A stretch of DNA of 64,000 bases, from NCBI GenBank assembly GCA_014905635.1, contig JABVCE010000018.1:124001-188000 (forward strand), read 5' to 3'. Position numbers and translations under genes: made by a program. This DNA comes from Scenedesmus sp. PABB004 (lineage: Eukaryota). Below, piece after piece: positions 36,713 to 48,909 of this stretch. The notes under the pieces are model-generated. The model saw nothing but the letters and a program-made list of their open reading frames with translations. It searched no databases and was not told the DNA's origin. Each line of letters opens with the position of its first letter. Position 1 is the first letter of the stretch.

Positions 36713-39017
36713 GCATCTGCTGCTGCGCCTGCTGCTGCTCCCCCGTCCGCTCCGGCCGCCGCGCTCGGCGCCGCGACCGCGCCGCCAGCTGCCTCGCGCG
36801 CACGAGCGCGAGCGCGATGTTGGCCAGGTCCCAGGGCACCGCGGCGCCGAGCGCCGGCTGCGTCGCCGCGGCAAACGCGGCCCACCAGGCCTCGCCGGGG
36901 CCAGGCCACGCCTGCCCCGCCATCGCACTGAAGCGCCGCATGACCGTGCCCCACGCCGCGAGGCGCCCCGGGTCGGCGAGGCCCGGCAGGCCCGCGCCGG
37001 ACGCGGCCGCGAGCGCGTCGAGCCACGCCGCCGGCGGCTTCTGCCCCGCAACCGCGGCCCGGGGGAAGCGGCCGAGCTTGTACACCGCCCCTGCGACGGC
37101 CTCGAGCTGGCCGGGCGTGAAGCGCCGCGCCGCAATGAGCGGCGCGCTGGCGGCATAGAAGGCGGCCAGCCAGCCGGGGGCGGGCAGGAAGTCCAGGTCC
37201 GCCACGCCGTGCACGAGCAGCGCGAGGCTCGCCGGCGGCAGGCCCGGCAGCAGCGGCCCGCTCGCGCGCAGCATGCGGCCCACCCAGGCGCGGTGCGGGC
37301 GCAGGCCGAGCGCGCCCAGCGCGGCGAGCGCGACCGCGAGGTGGTGGCCGTCCGCGGCGGGCAGCGCCGCGTCCAGCGCATCCAGCAGCGGCTGCACGCT
37401 GGCCAGGCTCACGGCGCCCTGCTGCGCCGCCTGCACCTGCGCCGCCTCGCGCGCGGCGCGGCCGCCGGCCGCCGCCGCCGCGAGCGCGGCGCGGCGCTGC
37501 TGCCGCGCCGCGTACGCGCGCGCCTTGGCAGCGGCGGCGCCGCCGCCGGCGCCGCGCGCGCCCGCCGCCGCGTGCATGGCGGCGAGGGAGCGCAGGATGC
37601 GGGCGACGTCGACGTCCGTGTACGCCGCCACCACCTCCGGGCGGCAGCAGCGGCCCAGCAGCTCGCGCACGAGCGGCTGCTGCGGCAGCAGCGGCAGCGT
37701 CGCCGCCGCCGCCAGCACCGCGACCAGCTCGGCCGCGGTGAAGTCGGGCGCGCGGTCAAACAGCGCCTGCAGCAGCTGCTCCGGCGCCGCGGCGGACGGC
37801 CGAGACAGCCCGCCCGGCTGCCCCCGCCCGCCCACGCCGGCCGCCTGGTGCGCCTGCTGCGCCGCCTGCTGCGCCGCCTGCTGCGTCGCCTGCTGCGCCG
37901 CCTGCTGCTCTGCCGCCGGCCGCGCCGCGAGCAGCGCGGCGCTGGCCGGCAGCGCGGCCACGTCGCAGCCGAGGCGCGCGAGGCCCCACAGCGCCATCGC
38001 CAGCTCGGCCGCGCTGCAGCGTCGCACGCCGGCCACGAGCGCGCACGCCGCCTGCTGCACCCACACCGGGCTCGGCGCCCAGCCCAGCCGCGCGGCGGCC
38101 CACAGCGCGGCCGCGACGAGCCCCGGCGGCACGTCGGGCGCGACCTCGCTCACCACGCGGCGCAGCAGGCGCTTCTGCAGGCCGACCGGCGCGACCAGCC
38201 CCGGCGCGAGCCGCGCGAGCCCCGCCAGCAGCGCGGCCGCCTCGTCCGGCGCGAGCCGGCCGTGCACGGCGCGCAGGTAGGCCAGCAGCGACGCGGCGCA
38301 GCACGGCGGCAGCGCCGCGCCGGCCGGCGCGAGCGCCGCGAGCGCGGCGCACAGGCACGCCGGCGGCGGCGCGAGGCGCGCCGCCGCGCCCGGCGCGCGC
38401 CGCGCCGCGCGCGCCGCGGCCGCCAGCTGCGCGCCGAGCGCGCGCAGCAGGTGCTCCAGCAGGCGGCGGTGCTGGGCGGCCTCGTGCCGCGCGAGCTCGT
38501 CCGCTGCGCCCACGCCCGCGGCCGCCGCCGCCGCGGCCGCCGCCGCCGCGGCCGCCGCCGCGTCGCCGTCGGCGGCGCCCCCCGCCGCCGCCGCCGCGTG
38601 GGCGGCGCCGCCCGCCGGCCGCAGCTGCGCCGCGCGCACGATGAGCGCCGCCAGCAGCGCCGGCGCCGCGAGCGCCGCGGGGTCGGCCGCGAGCGGCAGC
38701 AGCTGGCGCCAGTGCGCCGCGCCGCCGAGCGCGGCCGCCGCGCGCTGCGCGGCCGCCGCGCGGCGCTCCCAATTGGCGCGCTTGCGGGCCGCCAGGTCGT
38801 CGTCCTGCGCCGCCGGCGTTGCTGCCGGCGCCGGGAGCGGCTGCCCGAGGTGCGCGGCGCCGGGCGCGTGCTGCTGCTGCTGCTGCTGCTGCTCCGGCGC
38901 GGCGACGGCGCAGCGCGCGGCGCGCCGCCCCGGCGACGCGCCAGCAGCAGGTCCCGGCAGACGGGGGCCGGGCGGCGGCCCCGCGCCGCGGCGCACGCCG
39001 GCCGCCGCCGCCCGCAT
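36327..39017 (-). CDS. Octotricopeptide-repeat (OPR)-like organellar RNA-binding protein, apparently single exon (896 aa)
   Basis: Repeats such as ALWAAARLGWAPSPVW, CSAAELAMALWGLARLG, LGALGLRPHRAW, LDFLPAPGWLAAF and WRPPEAWLEAYLAAS (LWAxAxL..PPxxW pattern). Confidence 0.8.
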
Positions 39018-39330
39018 CGGCCGCGCCGCGCCGGCCCGGCGGCAGCGGCGGCGGGCCAGGTGCGCTGGCGAGCGAGCTGCTCAGCACCGCGCTGGTCACA
39101 GGCGACGGCGGTGTGCGGCACGGGCCCCTGGGAACTGAGCCTGCCGCGAGCCTGGTCGCGCGTCAGGCAGCTAAAACAGCGCGCAAACAGCTCCGTCGGT
39201 GGCGCGGAGTCGCGCACGTCACTGTGTGAACGACCACACGCGCTGCCAGCGAGCTGCGCGCTGCCCCGGAGCAGCAGCGGCGGGCCCCCCGGCATGCGGC
39301 CGGCTCGCCGCTGAGCGGCGCGGCGCCGCC

Positions 39331-41834
39331 ATGGCGCTGCGCGCCGCCCCGCGGGAGCGCTACAGGCCTGGCGACCGGCCTGCGCGACGCGCGCAGCTGG
39401 CGCGCCCCGCCGGCCAGGTGCGTGGCCGCCGCTGCTCGCGCGCCGCTGCCGCCGCTGCCGCCGCCGCGCGCGCCCGCCCGCCGACCCGCCCGGCCACTCT
39501 CCGCCCTGCGCAGGGCCTCCTCCGCCCGCCCGCAGCGGTGGCGGCGGTGTGCGCGGCGCGCGAGCCGGCGGGGGCGCGGCAGCAGCCCGAGGCTGCGGCG
39601 GACGCGCGGCCGCCGCGCGCCGCCGCCGCGCCGCGCGACGCGGGCGCGGCCGCGCTGACGGCGCAGCTGAAGGCGGCCCAGACGTGGCAGGAGCTGGCGA
39701 GCGCGGTGGCGAGCTACGGCGACGGCGCGGCCGCAGCGGCGGGGGGCCACCACCCCGCCGCGCTGAGCGACGCGCAGCCGCAGCAGCTCGCGGCGGGCCT
39801 GGCGCGCCTCAACCCGCGCCACCTCGCCTGCCTGCTGGCCGGCCTCGCGCGCCTGGCGCCGCCGGGCGGCGGCGCGGGCCGCGGCGGCGGCGGCGCGGCG
39901 GCGGCGGCGCACGCGGCGCTCGTGGCGGGCGCGTTTGCCGCGGCCGTCGACGCGGCGCCGGCCGCGGCGCCGCGCGAGCTCGCGGGCGCGGCGTGGGCGG
40001 CGGCCAAGCTGGAGCGCCCGCCGCCGGCGGGGCAGGTCAAGGCGCTCATCGCCGCGCTGGCGGGCAGCGCGGGCGAGGCCAACGCGCAGGACGTGTCGAT
40101 GGCGCTCTATGCTGCCGCGGCCCTGGGCCTGCAGCTGCCCGAGGCGCACGTTGCCGCGCTGCTGCGCGCGGCGGGCGACCGCCTGCGCGACGCGGCGCCG
40201 CAGGCGGTCGCCAACACGCTCTGGGCGCTCGCGGCGCTGCAGGCGCGGCCGGCCGAGGCGTGGCTGGCGGGCGTGGAGGCGCGCGCGTGCGAGCTGCTGC
40301 GCGCGCCGCCGCGTGAGCGCGACCGCGGCGCCGGCGGCGCCTTCAGCAGTGAGGGCCTGCACCAGCTGCTCTGGGCGATGGCCAAGCTGCAGTGGCTGCC
40401 GGAGCCGGCGTTCCAGGCGCTCTTCTGGGACGCCAGCGGGCGGCGCCTGGGCGGCATGACGCCCCACGGCACCGCGGGCCTGCTCTGGGCGGCCGCGGCC
40501 CTGGAGCTCGCGCCGCCGGCGCCCTGGATGGCCGCCTGGTTTGCGTCAACGCAGCAGCAGCTGGCGGCGGGGCGCTTTGGGCCGCAGGACGCGGCCAACG
40601 CGCTGTGGGCGCTCGTCAGGCTGGGCCAGCTGGGCGGCGGCGGCGCCGGCGGCGGCGGCGGCGGCGGCGTGCGCCCCAGCCCTGAGTGGCTGTCCGCTTG
40701 CATGGCCGCGTCCCAGGCGGCGCTGCCGCGCGCGGGCGCGCAGGAGCTGGCCAACATGCTCTGGGGCTGGGCCAAGCTCGGCGTGCGGCCGCCCGCGCCC
40801 TGGATGCAGGACTGGCTGGCCGCCATGGAGCGGCGCATGGGCAGGTGCGGCAGCGGCGGCGGCTGATGCGGAGGCGGCGGCCGCGCGCACGCCGGGGCTG
40901 CGCTGCGCCGCTGTCCGCGCCGCTGCGGCGCCGGCTCACACCGCCGCCGCCGCCGCCGCCGCCGCTCGCGCTGCGTGCTACACAGCTACTGCGCGCCCGC
41001 GCTCGCGTCGTCCGCGTACGCGCTCGGGCTGCTCCGCTTCAAGCCGCCGCGCGCGTGGTGCGAGGCGCTCGCCGGCGAGACGCGGCGCCAGATGGCCGCG
41101 TTTGGCGCGCAGGAGCTCGCCAACGTGCTGTGGAGCTTTGCGGTGCTGCGGCTGCGCCCCGGGCGCGCGTGGCTGGTGGACTATGAGGAGCAGGCGCTGA
41201 GCGAGAGCGGCAGCTTCAACGCGCAGGAGCTCGCGCTCGTCGCCTGGAGCCTCGCGCGGCTCGGGCACACGCCGCCGGCGGGCTGGGCGGCCGCGCTGAT
41301 GAGCGACGGGCTCGAGGCCGCCGCTGGAATGACGGGGCAGTCGGTCGTGCTGCTGATGCAGGCGCTCGCGACGTGGCGGCTGCCGGAGCTGCGCGAGGGC
41401 GGCGCGCACGGGTGCGCGGCGCCTGCGCGCGGCGGCGCGCTGCGCCTCCGCGCGGCCCTGACGCGCCGCGCGTGCCTCGCGTCGCGCCGGGCTGACCGTG
41501 CCCCTGCCCTGCCCTCTTGTCCCCGCAGCGCGCTGCTTCCCCGCTACTGGGCGGCGGCGCAGCAGCTGCTGCCGAGCTGCTCACTGCACCAGCTGTCGCT
41601 GCTGTGGTGGGCGCGCGTGAAGCTGGGCTGCGTGCCCGGCGCCTCCTGGAGCGCCAGCTTCTGGGCGGCGCTGGAGCCGGCGCTGGCGGCGGCCGTGGAG
41701 GCAGGCGAGCGACAGCAGCAGCCGCAGCCGCAGCTGCTGCAGGAGCAGCAGCTGGAGCTGGAGCAGGAGCAGCTGCAGCAGCCGCAGCAGCTGCAGCAGC
41801 CGCAGCCGCAGCAGCTGCAGCAGCCGCAGCAGCT

Positions 41835-41875
<41 letters not shown>

Positions 41876-42720
41876 TGCTGCCGGCGAGCCCGCAGCCGTC
41901 GGCGCAGGAGCGTGGGCTGAGTCCGGCCGACGTTGTGCGGCTGGCGTGGGCGACCGGGAAGCTGCAGCAGCCCGTGCCGCCGCAGTGCATGCGCGCGCTG
42001 CTGGTGGCCGCGCAGCAGGCGGCGCCGGGCTGCACGCTGGCGGCGCTTTCAGCCCTGGGCCTGGCCCTGGTCGCGATAGACCGCGCATCGGCGGCACAGG
42101 CGGCCGCAGCAGCAGGCGGCGCCGCTGCGGCGTCCGAAGCTGCAGCGCAGCTGCCGCCAGTGCCGCCGCAGTTGGCGCAGCACGCGCCGCTGTGGGCGGC
42201 GTGGTTTGCCCGCAGCACGCAGCTCGTGGAGGAGGCCGTGGCCACGGCCGGCGCGTCTCAGGCGCAGGCGCAGGGGCAGCGTCAGCCGCCGAGGCAGCGA
42301 CACGCGCAGCACGGCCGGGCGCAGGACCAGCAGGCGGCGCTGGCGGGCCTGGCCCGCGAGCTGAGCCTGCAGCTGTGCGTGGCGGGGCGGCTGCGGCTGC
42401 AGCCGCCGCCAGCGTGGTGCGCAGCAGTGCTGGCGGGCCTGGCGGCCTGCCTGCCAGCCATGTCGCCTGAGCAGCTGTCCTGGGTGCTCTGGGCGGTCCT
42501 GCGGCTGCGGCTGGAGCGGCAGCTGCCGCCCGGCTGGCTGGCCGGCACGCTGCGGCAGTGCGCCCGCGCGGCGGCGGCCGAGGGCGGCGGCTGGAGCGCG
42601 GCCTGCGACGCGCGGCTGGGGCGCGCGCTCAGGCGCCTGCGCGCCTTTGGCGCACTGGGCGACGCGGAGCAGCAAGCGTGGGAGCGGCTGGGCGCGCAGC
42701 GGCTCGCCGCGCAGGCGTGA
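39331..42720 (+). CDS. OPR protein (TBC2-like repeats), about 4 exons
   Basis: Many ~38-aa repeats: PQAVANTLWALAALQARPAEAW, FGPQDAANALWALVRLG..RPSPEW, AQELANMLWGWAKLGVRPPAPW, FGAQELANVLWSFAVLRLRPGRAW, FNAQELALVAWSLARLGHTPPAGW. Confidence 0.88.
41713..41880 (+). repeat. CAG-rich coding repeat (polyQ/QP) in the OPR gene
   Basis: CAG/CCG/CTG triplet array. Confidence 0.8.
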
Positions 42721-42797
42721 CCGCGCGGCGGCGGCTGCCCTCTGTGGCCGGCGTGGGGCCTCTCGTCCCTCTCGATGCCGAACGGGCTGCGCATCCC

Positions 42798-42802
42798 TGT
42801 AA
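42798..42802 (+). promoter_or_regulatory. TGTAA chlorophyte polyadenylation signal for the OPR gene
   Basis: TGTAA about 80 nt after the stop at 42720. Confidence 0.55.
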
Positions 42803-42879
42803 ACACTTGCCACCGCTGCGCGTGCGGCGCCGCCCCGGCGCTGGCGCAGTCATGACCAGGCGCCCCCCCACCGCCGCCG

Positions 42880-43915
42880 CTAGAGCCGGTCGTCTTGGAT
42901 GCGCAGCGTGACGCTGAGGCTGCGCTTCTTGCCGTCCCACACCGCCCGGCCGCGCTCGGCGTCCACCTTGTGGGGGAGGTGCAGGAAGAGCTTGCTGCGG
43001 CGCGGGCGGCAGGGGTGGGTGGTGGGCGGCGGCCGGGCGCGCGCCACGTGCGGCTGCTTGCTTCGAGGGCGCAGGCGCTGCGGCCGCTGCGGCATCTCAC
43101 TACTGTGCCGACGAGAGCCGCAGGTGCGTGGGCGCGACGTCGAGGCCGAGCTCTGCGCGCACGCGCGGGCGCACCGGCGCGTGGGCGGCGGCGCGGCCGG
43201 CGAGCCCGCCCACCCACCCGCGCCGGCAGGCCGCCCGCGTGGCCGCCAACCGCGCCGCGCCGCACCCGCCGCCGACTCTGCGAGCGGCAGCGCCACCGCG
43301 ACAACGAGCTCGTCGCAGCACGCGCTCGAGGGGTCCTTGCCCGACATGCCCAGGAAGTTGTCCGCCGGCGTCACGCACTGCTTGTAGCGGAACTCGTGCC
43401 TGAGCGGCGAGCAGCGCGGCGGTGTCGGCGGCGGCGGTGGCGCCGCGGCCGCGGTGGCGCGCTGGCGCGTCGCCGGGCGTGCGTGCATCGCCGCGCCACG
43501 CACTGCGGCACCTCCCGCCCGTCGTCGGCGTCGAGCTCCGCCTCGGCCTGGCGGGCCGCCTCGTCGACGCGGGCCTCGCCCTTGTCGCGCCCTGCGGTCG
43601 GCGGCCGAGGGTTCGCGGGCCGGCCGCGCCTGCTCGCCCCCTGCCGCCGCGCGTGCGGCCGCACCTCGCGGCGCCGCGACCTTCACGCCCGCCAGCAGGT
43701 CCTCGGGGCCGATGGCGGCGGGGCCGGGCCGGCTGCTGCTGGTCTGGGGGGCTCCTCAGCAGCCTGGGCGGCGCGCAGGGCGTGGCTGCTGAGGCGGGCG
43801 CGGCGGACGGCAGCAGCGCGCCGCCGCCGCCGCCGCGCGCTCGCGCCGCCTCGCCGACCTCTGCCTGCGACAGGAGCCGGCTGAGGGCCTCGATGTCAAA
43901 CGCAAAGTCCGCCAT
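42880..43915 (-). CDS. PIH1D3: Axonemal dynein assembly factor PIH1D3/Twister (TWI1, DNAAF6), 6 exons
   Basis: DIEALSRLL, DDGREVPQHEFRYKQCVTPADNFLGMSGKDPSSACCDELVVAVALP, and a CS domain LGLDVAPTHLRL..YKLFLHLPHKVDAERGRAVWD..LSVTL. Confidence 0.88.
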
Positions 43916-44246
43916 GCTGGCACGTGTTGGGGGGGGGGCGAGACGGCGGCGCTGCGCGCAGCAGCGGGCGGCTTCGACGCCGGGCGAGGCCGATCGCGGT
44001 CGGTGGACCAAGAATATGTGCGTGGAGCGGAGTTGCGGAGGCTCACACGCTGGGGACGTCTTGGGCGCCGCTGGCAGCGCCTCCGCGAGCAGCGGTCAAC
44101 AGCACCCGCTCGCCTCCCCGGGCACCTGGCGCCCTCCACGGCACATGAGTGCCATTTCCGCGTGGTTTCATCTGCAGACAGCGCCACGCAGAAGCCGCAC
44201 GCGCTGCCAGCGAGCGGCGGCGCCGCGACAGCAGCGCGGCGGCGCC

Positions 44247-47200
44247 ATGGCCGACGTGAGCTGCACCGGCGCCCTGCTGCCGTCGGCGTGCCAGCCGGGC
44301 CAGACCTGAGCGCCGCCTGCCACTGCTCGCAGGATGACGATCTGTACAGCGGCTACGACGCGCCGGCGGCGCCGGGGGTGCGGCGCGCGCAGCGGAGCAG
44401 CGGCGTGCGCGCCGCGTGGCTGAGCAGCACGCGCGCCGCCGCCGCCTGCCTGCCTGCAGAGCCCTGGCGGTGGCGGCATGTTCCAGCCGCTGGAGGGCAG
44501 CGGCGGCCTGGCGCCCGGGCCGCCCGGCACCGCCAGCACGCGGCTGGGCACGGGCTTGCGGCAGGGCACGGCGTCGACCGACGCCTCGGTACGCCGCCCG
44601 CGCGGCGCCTGCCGCCGGCCGCTGCGCGGTCGCCGCGCGCCGCCCCAGCCCACACGCCCTGCGCCGGCGCTGCGCAGGCGCGGCCGATGACGAGCAACCG
44701 CGGCGCCGGGTTCAGCTCGCAGCCGCACGGCCGGTTCGACCCCTTTGGCCAGGCCGCCAAGGGCTTGCTGGGCGGCGCTGGCGGCGGCAGCCTGCTGCCC
44801 AAGAAGCAGGAGGCGAGCCCCAAGGAGGTGCGGCGCTGCGCTGCACACGCGGGCCGGCGGCGGCGGCCGATCGGCGGCGGTGGCCGAGCAACGGCGGCCG
44901 CGCACACGTGTGCGCGCCGCGGCGCAGGTGGCGCGGGGGCACGAGCGCAAGGTCCACGAGCTGCTGGAGGCCAGCGTCGCGCTGTCACAGCAGGGCGACG
45001 CGCAGGCCGGTGCGTGCTCAGCGCGGGGGGCCACAGCCGCCGGCCCGCTGAGCGGAGCGCCGCAGCCAGCCCCACGCTGCCGCGCTCGCGCCCGCGCCGC
45101 GCCCGCGCAGCGCTGGAGCGCGCGACCGAGGCGCGCAAGCGCGAGCGCGCGCTGGCCAAGTTCCGGGACGCCGTGGGGCAGGCCGACGCGCACCCGCCGG
45201 AGCTGGGCTTTGCGGTGGAGCTGCAGCTCGCTGCGTGCTACGCGGCCAACAAGCTGCACGGAGAGGCGCTCGAGCTCTACGGCGCGCTCGTGAAGAATCG
45301 GGCGCTGCCGCAGGGCGGCCGGTGCGCGCCGCTGCCGCCCGGGGCAGCCCGGCTGGCCGCCTGCCGCCTGGCTGCCAGAAGAGTCTCCCGGCCGGCCCTG
45401 TCGTCGTCTCCGCTCACGCCACGCCGCCGCCGCTGCTGTCGCGCCGCGCCCGCGCCGCCCGCCGCCCGCTCGCCCGCTCGCGCCCCTCCGCCGCGCAGGC
45501 TCCGCGTGTGCATCGGCAACATCCACTACGACCAGGGCCGCTTCCCCGCGGCGATCAAGCAGTACCGCATGGCCCTCGACGCGCTGCCGGCCGCGGCGCG
45601 GCGCGCGCGCGGCGCGCTGCTGCGCAACATCGGGCTCGCGTTTGTGCAGCTCGGGCGGTGCGCCGACGCGGCGGGCGCGTTCGAGGCCGCGCTCGACGCC
45701 GCGCCGGACGCCCAGGTGCGCGCCGCGGCGGCGGCGCGGCGCGGCGGCTCGCCGCTGAACGACTCACAGCTGGCCCGCCCGCTCGATGCGCGCACACAGG
45801 CGGCGTTCAACCTGCTGATCTGCTCCTACGCCCTCGGCGACCGGGAGGGCATGACCGCGGCGTTCACGCGCCTCGCCGGCCTGCCGGGGCTCGCGGCCGC
45901 GCTCGGCGGCGGCGACGACGACGAGTCGGACGGCGAGGCCGGGCCGCCGGACAGCCCCGACGGCCTGCGTGACAGCCTGCCCTCGCGCAAGGGCCACCTC
46001 GGCGGGGACGTGTTCGGCGGCGGCGGCGGGCCCGACCCACTCAAGCAGGAGGCCAAGGCGCAGGCGGCCACCGTGCGCAAGTGAGCTGCGCGCCGCGGGG
46101 GCGGCGGCCCGGCGCCACCGGCTGGGCGGCCGCAGCTGCGCGCCGGCGCGCGCGCTCACCGCCCCGCGCCCGCCCCGGGCCGCAGGTGCGTGCTGACCGG
46201 CGCGCAGCTGCTGGCGGAGGGGCTGTCGGACCGCGGCGGCTTCGTCGCCGGCTTTGACTGGGCCGCGGAGCAGCTGCGCCAGGCCGGGCTCGGCAAGCTC
46301 GCGGCCGAGGCGCGCGCGCGCAGGCGCCGCGCGCCGCGCGCCGCCGCGTGCGCGTGCTGCCGCCGCCGCGCCGCGCGCGCCGCCCGGGGCGAGCGCCGCC
46401 CCCGGCTGCGCCGCGCAGGTCACGCTCGCCAAGGCGAGCCGGCACCTCGTGGCGCGGCAGGTCGACGCGGCGGCGGACGTGTACCGGGGCTTTGAGCGCC
46501 GAGGCCCCGCGCTGCGCGCGGCGGCGGCGACCAACCTGTCCTGCCTGTACCTCCTCGAGGGCGACCTCGCCGCGGCGGCCAAGTACACCGACCTCGCGCT
46601 CAAGACCGACCGGTGCGTGGGAGGGCGGGGCGTGGAGGCGCGCGGGCTGGCAGGGCGGCGGCCGCGGCGGCGGCGCCCGTCGCACACAGCGTGCTGCGCG
46701 CCGCTGCGGCGCGGCGCGCAGGTACAACGCGCAGGCGCACGTCAACCGCGGCGTGGTGCTGCTCGAGGCGGGCAGCCTCGACGAGGCGCGGCAGGCGTTC
46801 AGCGACGCGGCGGCCATCCAGCCGCTGTGCATGCAGGCGCTCTACAACCTGGGGTGAGAGGCGGCCGCGCGGCTGCGGGCGCGCGCCCCGCGCCGCGCCG
46901 CCCCGCGCCCCGCGCTCCGGGCGCCGGGGTTTGCGTGCGGGGCTGGCCGACAGCGCCGTGCGATCCGCCCAGGTTGGTCAACCTGCGCCTCGGCGAGCCC
47001 GAGGCGGCGCTGATGCCGCTGCGCAAGCTCCACGGCCTGCTGCCCGACCAGCCAGAGGTGGGGCGGCTGCGGCCGCCGCGGCCGCCGCACAGGGCCGCGC
47101 GCCGAGCCACCGCGCTGCGCGCCGCACGCAGGTGGTGCACTGCCTTGCGCTCGCGGCCGACATGTCGGGCGACACGCCCGGCGCCATCCGCTGGCTGGAG

Positions 47201-48216
47201 GTGCTCACCAGCCTGGTGCCGCACGACCCGGGCGTGCTCTGCAAGCTCGGCGCGATCTACCACAGGCGCGCCCCCGCCCGCCGCCGCGCCTGCCCCGCTG
47301 GCCCGCGCGGCCGAGCGCGCGCCTGCCGTGCTGCGCGCCAGTGGTGCGCCGCGCGCGTGCTGCGCGCCGCGCGCAGGCTGGAGGAGGAGGCGCGGTCGCT
47401 GGGCTACTACAGCGACGCGCAGCGCGTGTGGCCGGCCAACCTCGACGTCATCAGCTGGCTCGGCGCCTACCACGTGCGCGGAGAGGTCTACGAGCGCGCG
47501 GTGCCGCTGTTCGAGCTCGCGGCCGCGATACAGCCCCAGGCGCGCGCGCCGCGCCGCGCAGCGGGGCGCGCGGCGCACGCAGTGTGCGGCGCGGCGGCCG
47601 CGCGGCGGGGCGGCGCGCGCGGGGCGAGCCGGCCCCCGCCCCCGGGGCGCGCAGGAGGCCAAGTGGGGCCTCATGGCGGCGAGCTGCTACCGCCGCATCG
47701 GCGCCTACGGCCAGGCGCTCGCGCGGTGCGCAAGCGCGGGGGCCGCGCGCCCTGTGCAGCGCTAGCGCCGCGCCTGGCCAGGCCGGCCTGACAGGCCGGA
47801 CGCCGGCGCTGCGGATCCCTCTCGCTCTCGCTCTCGCTCCCTCGTGCGCCCACAGGTACCGCAGCATTGTTGCGGCGCACCCGGGCAACGTCGAGGCGCT
47901 GCGCTACCTGGTCGCGCTCGCGACGGAGCTCGGCCGCGGCGACGAGGCGCTCGCGCACGGCGACGCGCTGCGCCGCGCCAAGCGCGCCGAGGCGGCGGCC
48001 GCGGCCGCGGCGGCCGCGAGCGCGGGCGCGAGCGCGGGCGCGCCCGGCCACGCGCGCGGCGAGGCGGACGACCGCGACGGCGGCGGCGGCATCGGCAGCC
48101 TGGACAGCCACCTCGCGGCGCGCAACCGGCGGCCGACGGCGGGGCAGGCAGCGCAGCCCGCCGGCGGCGACGACTGGGGCGAGGAGCCGCTCGGGGAGGA
48201 CCTGCTGCCGATGTGA
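44247..48216 (+). CDS. IFT88: Intraflagellar transport protein IFT88 (TPR), multi-exon
   Basis: MADDDDLYSGY, ARPMTSNRGAGF, RLRVCIGNIHY, AATNLSCLYLLEGD..DRYNAQAHVNRG, WPANLDVISWLGAYHV, QPQEAKWGLMAASCYRR, and the C-terminus DDWGEEPLGEDLLPM*. Confidence 0.96.
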
Positions 48217-48230
48217 CGCACCGCGCTTGG

Positions 48231-48235
48231 TTACA
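48231..48235 (-). promoter_or_regulatory. TGTAA polyadenylation signal (minus strand), probably for the response-regulator gene
   Basis: TTACA on the plus strand, in the convergent intergenic region. Confidence 0.4.
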
Positions 48236-48909
48236 AACACCGCCGCCGCACAGTTGAACGCCAAACGCCACCGCCGTCGCCGCCGCACGCGGGACCCCAT
48301 GAGACCCGTCGGCGCGAGGGGCCGGCGCGCGTCGTTGCGCTCTGGCCCCATTCGCGCGCCTTTCATTCCCGGTCGCCGCCAGAGATGCCCCTGGGATGCC
48401 CCACACACCTGCCAGCCTCGCTCTCAGCCGAAGCCCCACCAACCCATAGCGTACGGCACGCGCCGCCGCGTGCCTGGCGGCGGCTGGGACCGAAGCACGC
48501 CAGCACGCGCGCCTGCGTCGCGCCTCCCCACCCCGCCCCCTCCAATCGAATCGGCGCGCAAGTGGTCGGTACAGTCCCCGGAGGGCGCGGCGCGCAGAGC
48601 CGCACGCGCCGCACGCGCCGCCAGCTCGCCACCACCAGCGCGTCGCGCGCGCGGGGCGGGTTATGCGCGCGGGAGGGCGCGGGCGAGGCAGGCTGCGGGA
48701 GCCGGAACGAACAAATGCCGAGGCGGGCAGACAAACCATTGATATCGAACAGCACACGCGTGCGGCCCGCCGCCCAGTACAAGCAGTGCGTCCCACGGCG
48801 CCGCGCGCGCGCGCGCGCGCGCGCGTGCGTGCCGGCCGCGGCGGGGCGCTGAGGCAACCCTGCTGCGACGCGCCAGGCGGCCGCGTCGCCGCCGCGTGCG
48901 GCGGGCGCC

